Of a stretch of DNA of 64,000 nt, positions 9,414 to 18,796 are shown in pieces. A program made the position numbers and the translations under genes. The notes beneath the pieces are model-generated. The model was not told the origin of the DNA, searched no databases, and was given only the letters and a program-made list of their open reading frames with translations. How positions within the stretch are numbered: position 1 is the first letter of the stretch; the number at the start of each line of letters is the position of its first letter. Source of the DNA: an uncultured Bacilli bacterium (GTDB taxonomy: Bacteria; Bacillota_I; Bacilli_A; RF39; UBA660); assembly GCA_934090795.1 (NCBI GenBank), contig CAKOJQ010000004.1, positions 349 through 64,348 of the forward strand. The letters are read 5' to 3'.

Positions 9414-10394
9414 ATGAAGTGGAAAATTGGTAATGTTGAAATTAAAAATCAAATTGTTCTTGCTCCAATGGCAGGAATAAGTAATACTGCATATCGTCAA
9501 ATTATTAAAGAGATGGGAGCTGGACTTATTTTTGCGGAAATGGTTAGTGATAAAGCATTAGTTTATGGAAGTGAGAAGACATTTGATTTGCTAAAAATGA
9601 ATGATATGGAAAGGCCAATTGCTCAACAAATATTTGGTAGTGATGTTGATTCTTTTGTTAAGGCTGCTAAGTTGGTTGAAGATGCTATGCATCCTGATAT
9701 TATTGATATTAATATGGGGTGTCCAGTACCAAAGGTAGCTATTAAATCTCAGGCTGGAAGTGCACTTCTTAAAAATCCAGACAAAATAAAAGAAATAGTT
9801 AGCGCTGTTGTTAATGCTGTAAGTGTTCCGGTTACTGTTAAAATACGAAGTGGCTGGGATGAAAAAAGTATTAATGCAGTAGAAGTTGCTAAAGTTATTG
9901 AAGAGGCTGGGGCAAGTGCTATTACAGTTCATGGAAGAACTAGAGCACAAGGTTATAGTGGAAATGCTGATTGGAATATAATAAAACAAGTTAAAGAAAC
10001 AGTAAAAATTCCTGTTATAGGTAATGGGGATGTTACAAGTGCTAAAAAAGCAAAAGAAATGCTTGATTATACTGGATGTGATGCAGTTATGATAGGTAGA
10101 GGGGTTCTTGGAAATCCTTGGCTTATTAATGAATGTGTAACCTATTTAGAATCAGGAGTTATTCCCTCAAGACCAAGTTCAAAAGAAAAAATTGAAATGC
10201 TAAAAAGACATTATAAATTATTAGTAGAGTCGACTTCAGAAAAACAAGCAATACTTGAAATTAGAACGCATGCATTATGGTATATAAAAGGAATGCCAAA
10301 AAGTGCGTATATAAAAAACGAAATATGTAAAACTAAAAATAGTGAAGATTTATTTAAAATCTTAGATGATTATTTAGGAGAATTAGATGATTAA
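9414..10394 (+). CDS. dusB: tRNA-dihydrouridine synthase
   Basis: LAPMAGISN start, INMGCP, and a TIM-barrel Dus pattern with a C-terminal helical domain. Confidence 0.85.
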   Translation: MKWKIGNVEIKNQIVLAPMAGISNTAYRQIIKEMGAGLIFAEMVSDKALVYGSEKTFDLLKMNDMERPIAQQIFGSDVDSFVKAAKLVEDAMHPDIIDINMGCPVPKVAIKSQAGSALLKNPDKIKEIVSAVVNAVSVPVTVKIRSGWDEKSINAVEVAKVIEEAGASAITVHGRTRAQGYSGNADWNIIKQVKETVKIPVIGNGDVTSAKKAKEMLDYTGCDAVMIGRGVLGNPWLINECVTYLESGVIPSRPSSKEKIEMLKRHYKLLVESTSEKQAILEIRTHALWYIKGMPKSAYIKNEICKTKNSEDLFKILDDYLGELDD

Positions 10395-10791
10395 AAATAT
10401 TTTTAGTAAACAATATTTAAAATATTGCATTGTTGGAACTATTGGTGGGACTATTGAACTTGCTTTATTTTATTTTTTAAATGATATATTACATATTAAT
10501 TATTTATTAGCAAATGTGGTTACTTTTATAATAACTGTTACTATTTTATATTTCTTAAATAAAAAATTTGTTTATGAAGCCGATAATAATGATAATGTAG
10601 GATTTGTAATGTTTTTTGCAAGTAGAACTATAGGACTTGTTATAGATAGTATTGTTTTAACTATTTGTTTAAAGATATTTATGTTTCCGAGTATGATTTC
10701 TAAATTTATTTCTTCATCTTCAACTACTTATATAAATTATTGTGTTGGTAAATTTATTTTTAATAATAAAAATCAATATTCTTTATTGTAA
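10387..10791 (+). CDS. GtrA-family membrane protein
   Basis: 134 aa, four TM helices, GtrA-like N-terminus (YLKYCIVGTIGGTIE). Overlaps the dusB stop. Confidence 0.7.
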   Translation: MIKNIFSKQYLKYCIVGTIGGTIELALFYFLNDILHINYLLANVVTFIITVTILYFLNKKFVYEADNNDNVGFVMFFASRTIGLVIDSIVLTICLKIFMFPSMISKFISSSSTTYINYCVGKFIFNNKNQYSLL

Positions 10792-10993
10792 TATCTTTCT
10801 TTACTGTTTTCTACGTTTTGTTTAGAAAGAATATTTTGCTTTTTTTATCTTACTTCGTTTCGACCTTTTACTATTTTAATTTATTTACTATCGTTTTGAT
10901 TATTTTATATTTGTTTTCTACATTTTGTGCCTATTAATAGAGTAATTATAGATTGATTAATATTTTAGTTTAGTCTATAATTATATTAAGGAT

Positions 10994-11695
10994 ATGGAGG
11001 ATAAAATGGAAAAAGATGATGCTAAAAAAGTGATTGAAGATGGTAAAAAGTTAAAAAAGAAAACTACTAAAAAAGTTAAAGATTTAAATGAAACAGTTAA
11101 GAAAACAGTAAAGAAGGACGTTGATAAAGTTATAAAAGAGGTTAAAGATGCTGCTGTTAATGAAGTGGAAGATTTAACTAATACACAAAAATGTAAATAT
11201 TGTGGAAAATATTTTGATATGGGAATGACTATTTGTCCTAATTGTAGAAGAAGAAACAAAAGAAATTCAATGGATATATTATTCTTTGTTATGATAGGTG
11301 TTGTATTCTTATTTTTAATATTATTATTTTATTTTGTTAATACACATATTATTTCTAAAGAAACCTATGAATCATATACACAAAAATGTACTTTTGTAAG
11401 TTATGAAGATTTAGTTAGAATTCCTAAAACATATTTAGATAAAGATGTTACTGTAGTTGGACAAGTTGTTAAAGTAGAGGGATATAACGATGGATTATAT
11501 AATAATATGGATATTACACTTGATTTAAATTTATTTGAAGATGGATCAGAAAGTCTTGTGACAGTTCATTTTGAAGATAGAACTTATGAAAAAGGTTTTA
11601 TTGATGGAGATATTGTTAAAGTATATGGTGAATATTCAACAATAAGTGGAAATAAACCTGTTATAATGGCAAAATATATTGATTTAAATAATTAA
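10994..11695 (+). CDS. Zinc-ribbon membrane protein, function unknown
   Basis: Lys-rich N-terminus, CxxC-x11-CxxC ribbon (CKYCGK...CPNCRRR), one TM helix, and an extracytoplasmic beta-rich C-terminal domain. Confidence 0.5.
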   Translation: MEDKMEKDDAKKVIEDGKKLKKKTTKKVKDLNETVKKTVKKDVDKVIKEVKDAAVNEVEDLTNTQKCKYCGKYFDMGMTICPNCRRRNKRNSMDILFFVMIGVVFLFLILLFYFVNTHIISKETYESYTQKCTFVSYEDLVRIPKTYLDKDVTVVGQVVKVEGYNDGLYNNMDITLDLNLFEDGSESLVTVHFEDRTYEKGFIDGDIVKVYGEYSTISGNKPVIMAKYIDLNN

Positions 11696-11720
11696 GGTAG
11701 ATTTATTTCTATCTTTTTTT
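11696..11720 (+). terminator. Rho-independent terminator candidate
   Basis: GGTAGA-TTTATT-TCTATC hairpin (one G-U pair) followed by T7. Confidence 0.55.
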
Positions 11721-11771
11721 AATATTTTGATAATTTTGTGGTAAAATACTACTGAAATGAAGTGAGGTAGT

Positions 11772-14585
11772 ATGGATAAAATTGTAATAAAAGGTGCTAG
11801 AGAAAATAATTTAAAAAATATTGATTTAGAATTACCTAAAAATAAATTAATTGTTATGACTGGTGTATCTGGTTCAGGAAAGAGTAGTCTTGCTTTTGAT
11901 ACTATCTATGCAGAGGGAGAAAGAAGATATATTGAATCTTTAAGTGCATATGCAAGACAATTTTTGGGTGGATCTGATAAACCGGATGTAGATTCTATTG
12001 AAGGATTATCTCCTAGTATTTCGATTGATCAAAAAACAACTAATAATAATCCAAGAAGTACAGTCGGAACTGTAACAGAGATATATGATTATTTAAGATT
12101 GTTATTTGCAAGAGTAGGAACTCCATATTGTCCTAATCATCATGTGCCAATTACTAGTCAAAGTATTGAAGAAATGACTAATAAGATTTTAGCTATGGAT
12201 GAAGGAACTAAGTTAGAAATACTTGCTCCTATTGTTCATGGTGAAAAAGGTACTCATCAAGATTTGTTTGATGATTTAAGAAAAAAAGGATTTACTAGAG
12301 TAAGAGTTAATGGAGAAATGCACGATTTATCAGAAAATATTGTCTTAGAAAAAAATAAGAAAGATAATATTTATTTGGTAGTTGATCGTATTGTTGTTAA
12401 TCCGGATGAAAGAAGTCGTATTTTTGAAGCAATTGAACTTAGTACAAAGATGGCAAGTGGTAAAGTATTAATACATGTAATTGATGGTGAAGAATTTATA
12501 ATGAGTGAACATTATGCTTGTCCTGAATGTAACTTTAGTTTGCCAGAATTAGAACCTAGATTATTCTCATTTAATGCCCCATATGGAGCCTGCCCTGAAT
12601 GTAAAGGTTTAGGTGTTAAACAAAATATTAGTATTGATTTACTTATTCCTGATAAAAATAAATCAGTATATGAGGGAGCAATTAAAGGATTTAGTTTAGA
12701 TCAAAATATTGCTCTTACAGAACTTGAGACTGTTTGTAAATATTATAATATTGATTTAAATAAGAAAATATCTGAACTTAGTAAAAAAGAATTAGATATA
12801 ATTTTGTATGGTAGTAATGAATTATTTGATTTTGAATATGTAAGTAAGAATGGTAATAAGAGGTATGTTACAGATACATATGAAGGAATTGCTAATAATT
12901 TTCAAAGAAGATATATGGAAACTTCTAGTAAATGGATAAGAGATTGGCTTAGTTCATATATGGTTGATTTACCTTGTAAGAAATGTCATGGTGCTAGATT
13001 ATCTGATGATGTATTAGCTGTTAAGATTAATGGTTTAAGCATTTATGATGTGTGTTTAAAAAGTATTAGAGATTTAATAGAATTTTTTGATAATTTAAAA
13101 CTTACCAAAGAACAAGAAAATATTGCTAGTTTAATTGTTAAAGAAATTCAAAATAGATTAAGCTTTTTAAATAATGTTGGACTTGGTTATTTAACTTTAG
13201 CTAGAGAAGCAAGTACATTATCTGGTGGTGAATCACAAAGAATTCGTTTAGCTACTCAAATTGGTAGTAAATTAACTGGTGTTTTATATGTTTTAGATGA
13301 GCCTAGTATAGGTTTACATCAAAGGGATAATGATAAATTAATTAATTCTTTGAAAGAAATGAGAAATCTTGGAAATACTTTAATTGTTGTTGAACATGAT
13401 GAAGATACAATGAGAGCTGCTGATTATTTAGTTGATATTGGACCGGGACCTGGTGATCAAGGTGGAGAGGTTGTTGCAGCTGGAACGCCTGAAGAGGTAA
13501 TGCGTAATAAGAATAGTTTAACGGGAAAATATTTAACTGGTGAATTAAAAATAGATGTTCCTAAAAAACGTAGAAAAGGAAATGGAAAATTTATTGAAAT
13601 AAAGGGTGCTAGTCAAAATAATTTAAAAAATATAAATGTTAAATTTCCACTTGGAACTATGACTTTGGTTACGGGTGTATCTGGATCGGGAAAATCAAGT
13701 TTAGTTACGGAAACGCTTGTTAGAGCACTAAGAGCAAAAGTTTATGGAACAATGGTAATACCAGGAAAAAATAAGGGGATTAAAGGACTTGAAAACGTTG
13801 ATAAAGTAGTAGATATTTCTCAGGAACCAATAGGTAGAACTCCTAGAAGTAATCCGGCAACTTATGTTGGAGTATTTGATGATATTCGTGATTTATTTGC
13901 TGAGATGAAAGAATCTAAAATGAAAGGCTATGATAAGGGTAGATTTTCATTTAATGTTAAAGGTGGTAGATGCGAGGCTTGTCAAGGTGATGGTATTAAG
14001 AAAATAGAGATGCATTTTTTACCAGATGTTTATGTTCCTTGTGATGTATGTCATGGAACTAGATATAATAGTGAGACTTTAGACGTTAAATTTAAAGGTA
14101 AAAATATTGCGGAAGTACTTGATATGAGAGTTAGTGAAGCTATTGAATTCTTCGATAGTGTACCTAAGATTAAAAATAAATTACAGACTATGATAGATGT
14201 TGGACTTCCGTATATTAAGCTTGGACAAAGTGCACCAACTTTATCTGGTGGAGAAGCAGCACGTGTTAAACTTGCGAAAGAATTACAAAAGAAACCAACT
14301 GGTAAGAGTGTCTTTATATTAGATGAACCAACTACTGGTTTACATACTGATGATATTAAGAAATTACTTGTTGTTTTAGAACGTATTGTTGATAATGGAG
14401 ATACAGTTATTATTATTGAACATAATTTAGATGTAATTAAATGTGCGGATTATATTATTGATATTGGTCCAAATGGTGGTGATGATGGTGGTAGGGTTAT
14501 TGCTAAAGGAACACCAGAAGAAATTGTTAAAGTTAAAGAATCATTTACTGGAGAGTATTTGAAGTCTAAATTAGAGGAAAAGTAA
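11772..14585 (+). CDS. uvrA: Excinuclease ABC subunit A
   Basis: 937 aa. Two ABC modules (GVSGSGKSSL twice, LSGGE twice) and zinc-finger CxxC pairs, matching UvrA end to end. Confidence 0.97.
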   Translation: MDKIVIKGARENNLKNIDLELPKNKLIVMTGVSGSGKSSLAFDTIYAEGERRYIESLSAYARQFLGGSDKPDVDSIEGLSPSISIDQKTTNNNPRSTVGTVTEIYDYLRLLFARVGTPYCPNHHVPITSQSIEEMTNKILAMDEGTKLEILAPIVHGEKGTHQDLFDDLRKKGFTRVRVNGEMHDLSENIVLEKNKKDNIYLVVDRIVVNPDERSRIFEAIELSTKMASGKVLIHVIDGEEFIMSEHYACPECNFSLPELEPRLFSFNAPYGACPECKGLGVKQNISIDLLIPDKNKSVYEGAIKGFSLDQNIALTELETVCKYYNIDLNKKISELSKKELDIILYGSNELFDFEYVSKNGNKRYVTDTYEGIANNFQRRYMETSSKWIRDWLSSYMVDLPCKKCHGARLSDDVLAVKINGLSIYDVCLKSIRDLIEFFDNLKLTKEQENIASLIVKEIQNRLSFLNNVGLGYLTLAREASTLSGGESQRIRLATQIGSKLTGVLYVLDEPSIGLHQRDNDKLINSLKEMRNLGNTLIVVEHDEDTMRAADYLVDIGPGPGDQGGEVVAAGTPEEVMRNKNSLTGKYLTGELKIDVPKKRRKGNGKFIEIKGASQNNLKNINVKFPLGTMTLVTGVSGSGKSSLVTETLVRALRAKVYGTMVIPGKNKGIKGLENVDKVVDISQEPIGRTPRSNPATYVGVFDDIRDLFAEMKESKMKGYDKGRFSFNVKGGRCEACQGDGIKKIEMHFLPDVYVPCDVCHGTRYNSETLDVKFKGKNIAEVLDMRVSEAIEFFDSVPKIKNKLQTMIDVGLPYIKLGQSAPTLSGGEAARVKLAKELQKKPTGKSVFILDEPTTGLHTDDIKKLLVVLERIVDNGDTVIIIEHNLDVIKCADYIIDIGPNGGDDGGRVIAKGTPEEIVKVKESFTGEYLKSKLEEK

Positions 14586-14691
14586 GCATTAGTTGTTTAC
14601 TTTTTTTGTTTTATATACATAAATCTTGTCAAAACGTTAAAAAATAAGCAAAAAAAGTTGTCTAAATATTAAAACATATTAAAAAGCTAGT

Positions 14692-15102
14692 AAAATAGAC
14701 TATTTAAATTTTTTATTTTTAATTGTTTTTATTTTATTATTTAGTGTTGGTTGTTCTAACAATAAAATAAATGTTGAAAATAGTTCGAGTGTTGAAGATG
14801 GCAGTCAAGTTATATATGATGAACTAAAAGCAGAATTTGTAGGTTATGCAAATCAATTTGTGTTACGTACAACTTATATTTTTGAAAATGATAAAGCTAT
14901 TGCATGTTATATGGAAACAGAATCAAATAATGAATTATATCTCAAACAAATTGATCCTTCATTAGAAAAAAATTTTAGACGTGAGGGAAATATAGTATAT
15001 TATGAGTGGAGTGATGAATATTTTGAAAAAAAGGGAAAAGGGTGTTCAAGAAAGGTAATAGAGAAATTTTTAAAAGAATCTGGATATAAAATTATTAAAT
15101 AA
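14692..15102 (+). CDS. Putative lipoprotein; start codon unresolved
   Basis: The track ORF starts at GTG 14860. The frame is open back to 14683 and encodes a signal peptide with a lipobox (FLFLIVFILLFSVGC-SNN). There is no in-frame ATG/GTG/TTG upstream of the lipobox. Confidence 0.35.
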   Translation, partial: KIDYLNFLFLIVFILLFSVGCSNNKINVENSSSVEDGSQVIYDELKAEFVGYANQFVLRTTYIFENDKAIACYMETESNNELYLKQIDPSLEKNFRREGNIVYYEWSDEYFEKKGKGCSRKVIEKFLKESGYKIIK

Positions 15103-15140
15103 TAAAACTTGGTAAGTGGTGAGTAATTAAATAAAAGTTC

Positions 15141-15169
15141 TTGAAATATGAAATTTTAAATGATAGAAT
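15141..15169 (+). promoter_or_regulatory. SigA-type promoter candidate for the pheST leader
   Basis: TTGAAA, 17-nt spacer, TAGAAT, about 12 nt upstream of the T-box stem I start. Confidence 0.5.
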
Positions 15170-15180
15170 AGTTTTTGTAA

Positions 15181-15390
15181 TGCGATGAGTATATATAAGT
15201 AGTTAATTATGGATTTAAAGAGAATAGATATAATAGCTGAAATTATCTATAAATATAAGTAATTAATGAATTTCAGTATAGGAGCGTTAATCGTTTAGGG
15301 CGTTAACCTATTAAAGTGTATGAATAAAGTTCATAAACTAAGGTGGTACCGTGCAGTATTTTGCACCCTTAGATTAGTGAACTTTTTATT
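15181..15390 (+). promoter_or_regulatory. T-box riboswitch leader, Phe specifier
   Basis: GCGATGAG K-turn start and an AGAGA box at ~15228. UUC followed by A at 15272-15275 is the specifier candidate. Conserved T-box AGGTGGTACCGTG at 15341-15353, then a competing helix (CTAAGGTG...CACCCTTAG) before the pheS RBS. Confidence 0.8.
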
Positions 15391-15405
15391 TTGGAGGGAA
15401 AAGTT

Positions 15406-16413
15406 ATGAAGGAAAAATTAGATTTACTTGTCAAGAATGCGGAAGAAAAAGCTAAAGAAATTAAAAGTGAGGCAGATTATTTAAATATTAAGTCTTTATT
15501 TTTAGGTAAGAAAAGTGAACTTAGTGAGTATATGGCTGGTATTAAAGATATGTCTTTAGAAGAAAAGAAAGAATATGGACCATTATTTAATAAAGTAAAG
15601 AAACAATTAGAAGAGTTATTTAGTAATAGTTTAGATAATGCTTTAAATGGTGATAGTGATAAGTTTGATCCAACTATTAATAGAGATGTTACTTATGGAT
15701 CTTTGCATCCTGTTACAATTATTGGTAGAGAAGTTACTGACATTTTAAAAAATATGGGATTTATGGTTATGGCTGGTCCAGAAATGGATAGTGAATATTA
15801 TAACTTTGAGGCTTTAAATATTCCTAAGACTCATCCAGCAAGGGATATGCAAGATACTTATTATTTAGATAATGGTATGCTTCTTAGAACTCAGACTAGT
15901 GCTGTACAAGTAAGAGGTATGAAAAAATATGGAGCACCTTTAAAAGTATGTGTACCAGGAAGATGCTTTAGAAATGAAGATTTAGATGCTTGTCATGAGA
16001 ATACTTTCTTCCAATTAGAAGGAATGGTTATTGATGAAAATATTTCAATACCTAATTTAATTTATACTATGGAAGGTATGCTTAAAGAAGTATTTAAGAA
16101 GGATGTTAAGGTTAGATTAAGACCGGGATATTTCCCATTTACTGAACCGGGATTTGAACTTGATTGTTCATGTACTATTTGTGATGGTAAAGGTTGTCCT
16201 ACTTGTAAAAATTCGGGATGGCTTGAGTTATGTCCTTGTGGTATGATTCATCCAAATGTTTTAAAAGAAGGCGGAATTGATAGTACAAAATATTCAGGTT
16301 TTGCGTTTGGACTTGGTTTAACAAGACTTGCAATGATGAAATATAAAATTGGTGATATAAGAGTATTAAATTCAGGTGATTTAAGATACTTAGAAAAATT
16401 TAATGTAAAGTAG
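15406..16413 (+). CDS. pheS: Phenylalanine-tRNA ligase alpha subunit
   Basis: Class II aaRS motifs (HPARDMQDTYY, FRNE, GFAFGLGLTRLAM). ATG at 15406 follows GGAGGG. Confidence 0.95.
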   Translation: MKEKLDLLVKNAEEKAKEIKSEADYLNIKSLFLGKKSELSEYMAGIKDMSLEEKKEYGPLFNKVKKQLEELFSNSLDNALNGDSDKFDPTINRDVTYGSLHPVTIIGREVTDILKNMGFMVMAGPEMDSEYYNFEALNIPKTHPARDMQDTYYLDNGMLLRTQTSAVQVRGMKKYGAPLKVCVPGRCFRNEDLDACHENTFFQLEGMVIDENISIPNLIYTMEGMLKEVFKKDVKVRLRPGYFPFTEPGFELDCSCTICDGKGCPTCKNSGWLELCPCGMIHPNVLKEGGIDSTKYSGFAFGLGLTRLAMMKYKIGDIRVLNSGDLRYLEKFNVK

Positions 16414-16423
16414 GTGTTTAAAA

Positions 16424-18757
16424 GTGAAAATTTCTTGTAATATATTAAAAAAACATATTAAAGATAGTAGTTCTATTGATTTTAAAGATGTATGGAATAA
16501 GTTTACAATTAGAACCGCTGAGGTTGAAGGCGTAACTGAGGTTGGAAAAGACATTGATGGAATAGTTACTGGTAAGATTTTAACTTGCGTTAATCATCCA
16601 GATTCTAAAAAATTACATGTTTTAACTGTTGATGTTGGAGATGAAGTATTACAAATTGTTTGTGGTGCTCCGAATGTAAGAGTTGGAATGATAGGTGCTT
16701 GTATTAAAGTAGGTGGCCATATTGGTGGTATTACTATTGAACCTAGACCTTTAGTTGGTATAATGTCTTATGGTATGATGTGTAGTGGAAAAGAAATAGG
16801 TATTTCTGATGATCACTCTGGAATAATCGAATTTCCGGAAGATACTCCAGTAGGTGTAGATATTAAAAAATTATTTCCAATTGAGGATATAATTGTTGAG
16901 ATTGATAATAAATCTTTAACACATAGACCTGATTTATGGGGACATTATGGTATTGCTAGAGAAGTTGCAGCAATTACCGGACATGATTTATTACCTTTAG
17001 AACTTGATAGAACTATTGTTGATAAAAAACCTTTAAATATTAAAATAGATAATCCGAAATTATGTTATAGATATGTTGGTACTAAAATAGAAAATATTAC
17101 TAATAATAAAACACCAATGTGGATGCAAATATTTTTATACTATGCTGGTATGCGTTCTATTAATTTACTAGTTGATTTAACTAATTATGTTATGCTTGAA
17201 CTTGGTCAACCAATGCATGCTTTTGATTCAAGAGTTGTTAAAGATATTGAAGTTGGACTTGCTAATGATTTTGATACTTATACTACTTTGGATGGAGTTC
17301 AAAGAAAACTTACTAAAGATGATTTAATGATTAAAAATGATGGTGAGTATTTTGCAATTGCTGGAGTAATGGGCGGATTAGATAGCGAAATATTAGAAGA
17401 TACTGATTCAATCGTGTTAGAGTCTGCTACATTTGAAGCATCTACTGTTAGAAAAACTGCTGTTAGATTAGGTCTTAGAACTGAAGCAAGTGCAAGATAC
17501 GAGAAGAGTTTAGATCCAAATATGGCAATTACAGCAGCTAGAAGATTTATTAAGTTGCTATTTGATGAAAATCCAGATGCAGAATATGGTTCTTGTATTA
17601 CTGATGTATATCCTACAATTCAAAAAGAAAATGAGATTATATTAGATAAAAATTATTTATATAAATATATGGGATTTAATATTAGTGATGAATTAGTTAT
17701 AAATATTTTACAATCTTTAGATTTTATTGTTAAGAATACACCTAGTGAATTTAAGATAACTGTTCCAACATTTAGGTCAACAAAAGATATAACAATTGCA
17801 GCTGATGTAATTGAAGAAATTTCAAGAATGTATGGATATGAAAATTTTGAACATGTACCACTTAAGATGGCTATGAGTTTTGGTAATCCAGAAAAAACTT
17901 ATGATTTAGAGTATAAGGTTAAGTATTTACTTGCTACTAAATATAATTTACATGAGATTCATTCTTATTTATGGAATAAGACTTCATTTTTAAAGAAAAT
18001 AAATGTTGATGTTCAAAATGTTAAATTATTAGGTAAGAATGATGATAATATTTTAAGAAATGATTTAAATTTAAGCTTATTAGAAGCAAGTGTTAATAAT
18101 TCAAATAATTATGATAAATTTGGGATATTTGAGATAGGTACTATTATTGATGATAATAAGTCAAAGAGACATTTAAATATATTATTATGTGATAGTATAA
18201 ATGAAGAGGCAAATCTTTATTATCAGTTAAAAGATATTGTTAAGTATGTATTTAAGTCAGTTAAAAATACAGATGTTAAATTCGAACTTGGTTTAAATAG
18301 AGAATATTATATTAAAGATTTAACCTTAGATGTTATTGTTAATAATGTTGTAGTTGGAAAGATTAGTGTATTTAACAAGAATATTGCTAAAGAGATTGGT
18401 AAGAAAAAGACTTATGTTTGTGCTGATATAGATTTTGATTTATTTGAAGAAATTGATGATAAACAATATATTTATGAAGATGTAAGTAAGTATCCAAGTG
18501 TAAATCTTGATTACACTATTACTGTAAAAAATAATACTTTATATAATGATGTTGAAGAAATACTTGATAGATTTAGTGATGAATTAATTATAAAGAGAAG
18601 CTTAAAAGATATTTATGATAATGGAGAAAATAAAAACATAACTATTAGTTATGTAGTTGGATCTAAAGATCATACTTTAAGTAATGAAGAACTTGCTAAT
18701 TTCAAAAATAAATTTATTTCTTATATTAAAGCACATAATTTAAATATTAATGAATAA
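16424..18757 (+). CDS. pheT: Phenylalanine-tRNA ligase beta subunit
   Basis: 777 aa. tRNA-binding OB N-terminus, B3/4 and B5 domain pattern. Follows pheS after a 10-nt gap. Confidence 0.95.
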   Translation: MKISCNILKKHIKDSSSIDFKDVWNKFTIRTAEVEGVTEVGKDIDGIVTGKILTCVNHPDSKKLHVLTVDVGDEVLQIVCGAPNVRVGMIGACIKVGGHIGGITIEPRPLVGIMSYGMMCSGKEIGISDDHSGIIEFPEDTPVGVDIKKLFPIEDIIVEIDNKSLTHRPDLWGHYGIAREVAAITGHDLLPLELDRTIVDKKPLNIKIDNPKLCYRYVGTKIENITNNKTPMWMQIFLYYAGMRSINLLVDLTNYVMLELGQPMHAFDSRVVKDIEVGLANDFDTYTTLDGVQRKLTKDDLMIKNDGEYFAIAGVMGGLDSEILEDTDSIVLESATFEASTVRKTAVRLGLRTEASARYEKSLDPNMAITAARRFIKLLFDENPDAEYGSCITDVYPTIQKENEIILDKNYLYKYMGFNISDELVINILQSLDFIVKNTPSEFKITVPTFRSTKDITIAADVIEEISRMYGYENFEHVPLKMAMSFGNPEKTYDLEYKVKYLLATKYNLHEIHSYLWNKTSFLKKINVDVQNVKLLGKNDDNILRNDLNLSLLEASVNNSNNYDKFGIFEIGTIIDDNKSKRHLNILLCDSINEEANLYYQLKDIVKYVFKSVKNTDVKFELGLNREYYIKDLTLDVIVNNVVVGKISVFNKNIAKEIGKKKTYVCADIDFDLFEEIDDKQYIYEDVSKYPSVNLDYTITVKNNTLYNDVEEILDRFSDELIIKRSLKDIYDNGENKNITISYVVGSKDHTLSNEELANFKNKFISYIKAHNLNINE

Positions 18758-18796
18758 AAAAATAATCTATGATTTAGTTCATAGGTTATTTTTTGT
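18756..18796. terminator. Bidirectional terminator between convergent pheT and rnr
   Basis: 11-bp stem ATAATCTATGA/TCATAGGTTAT with a 6-nt loop, an A-run on the left and a T-run on the right. Overlaps the rnr stop. Confidence 0.7.

Noticed and set aside
10792-10993. Direct repeats GTTTTCTAC[GA]TTTTGT about 105 bp apart, plus several TTTACT-containing segments, in the gap after the GtrA gene.
   Set aside because: They are short and AT-rich with no associated ORF, IR termini or known motif. This is insufficient to call a mobile-element remnant or a regulatory RNA.
11696-11771. Looked for an SOS (Cheo/LexA) box of CGAAC-N4-GTTCG type upstream of uvrA.
   Set aside because: None is present in the 76-bp upstream region. 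Only an extended -10-like TGGTAAAAT is visible.
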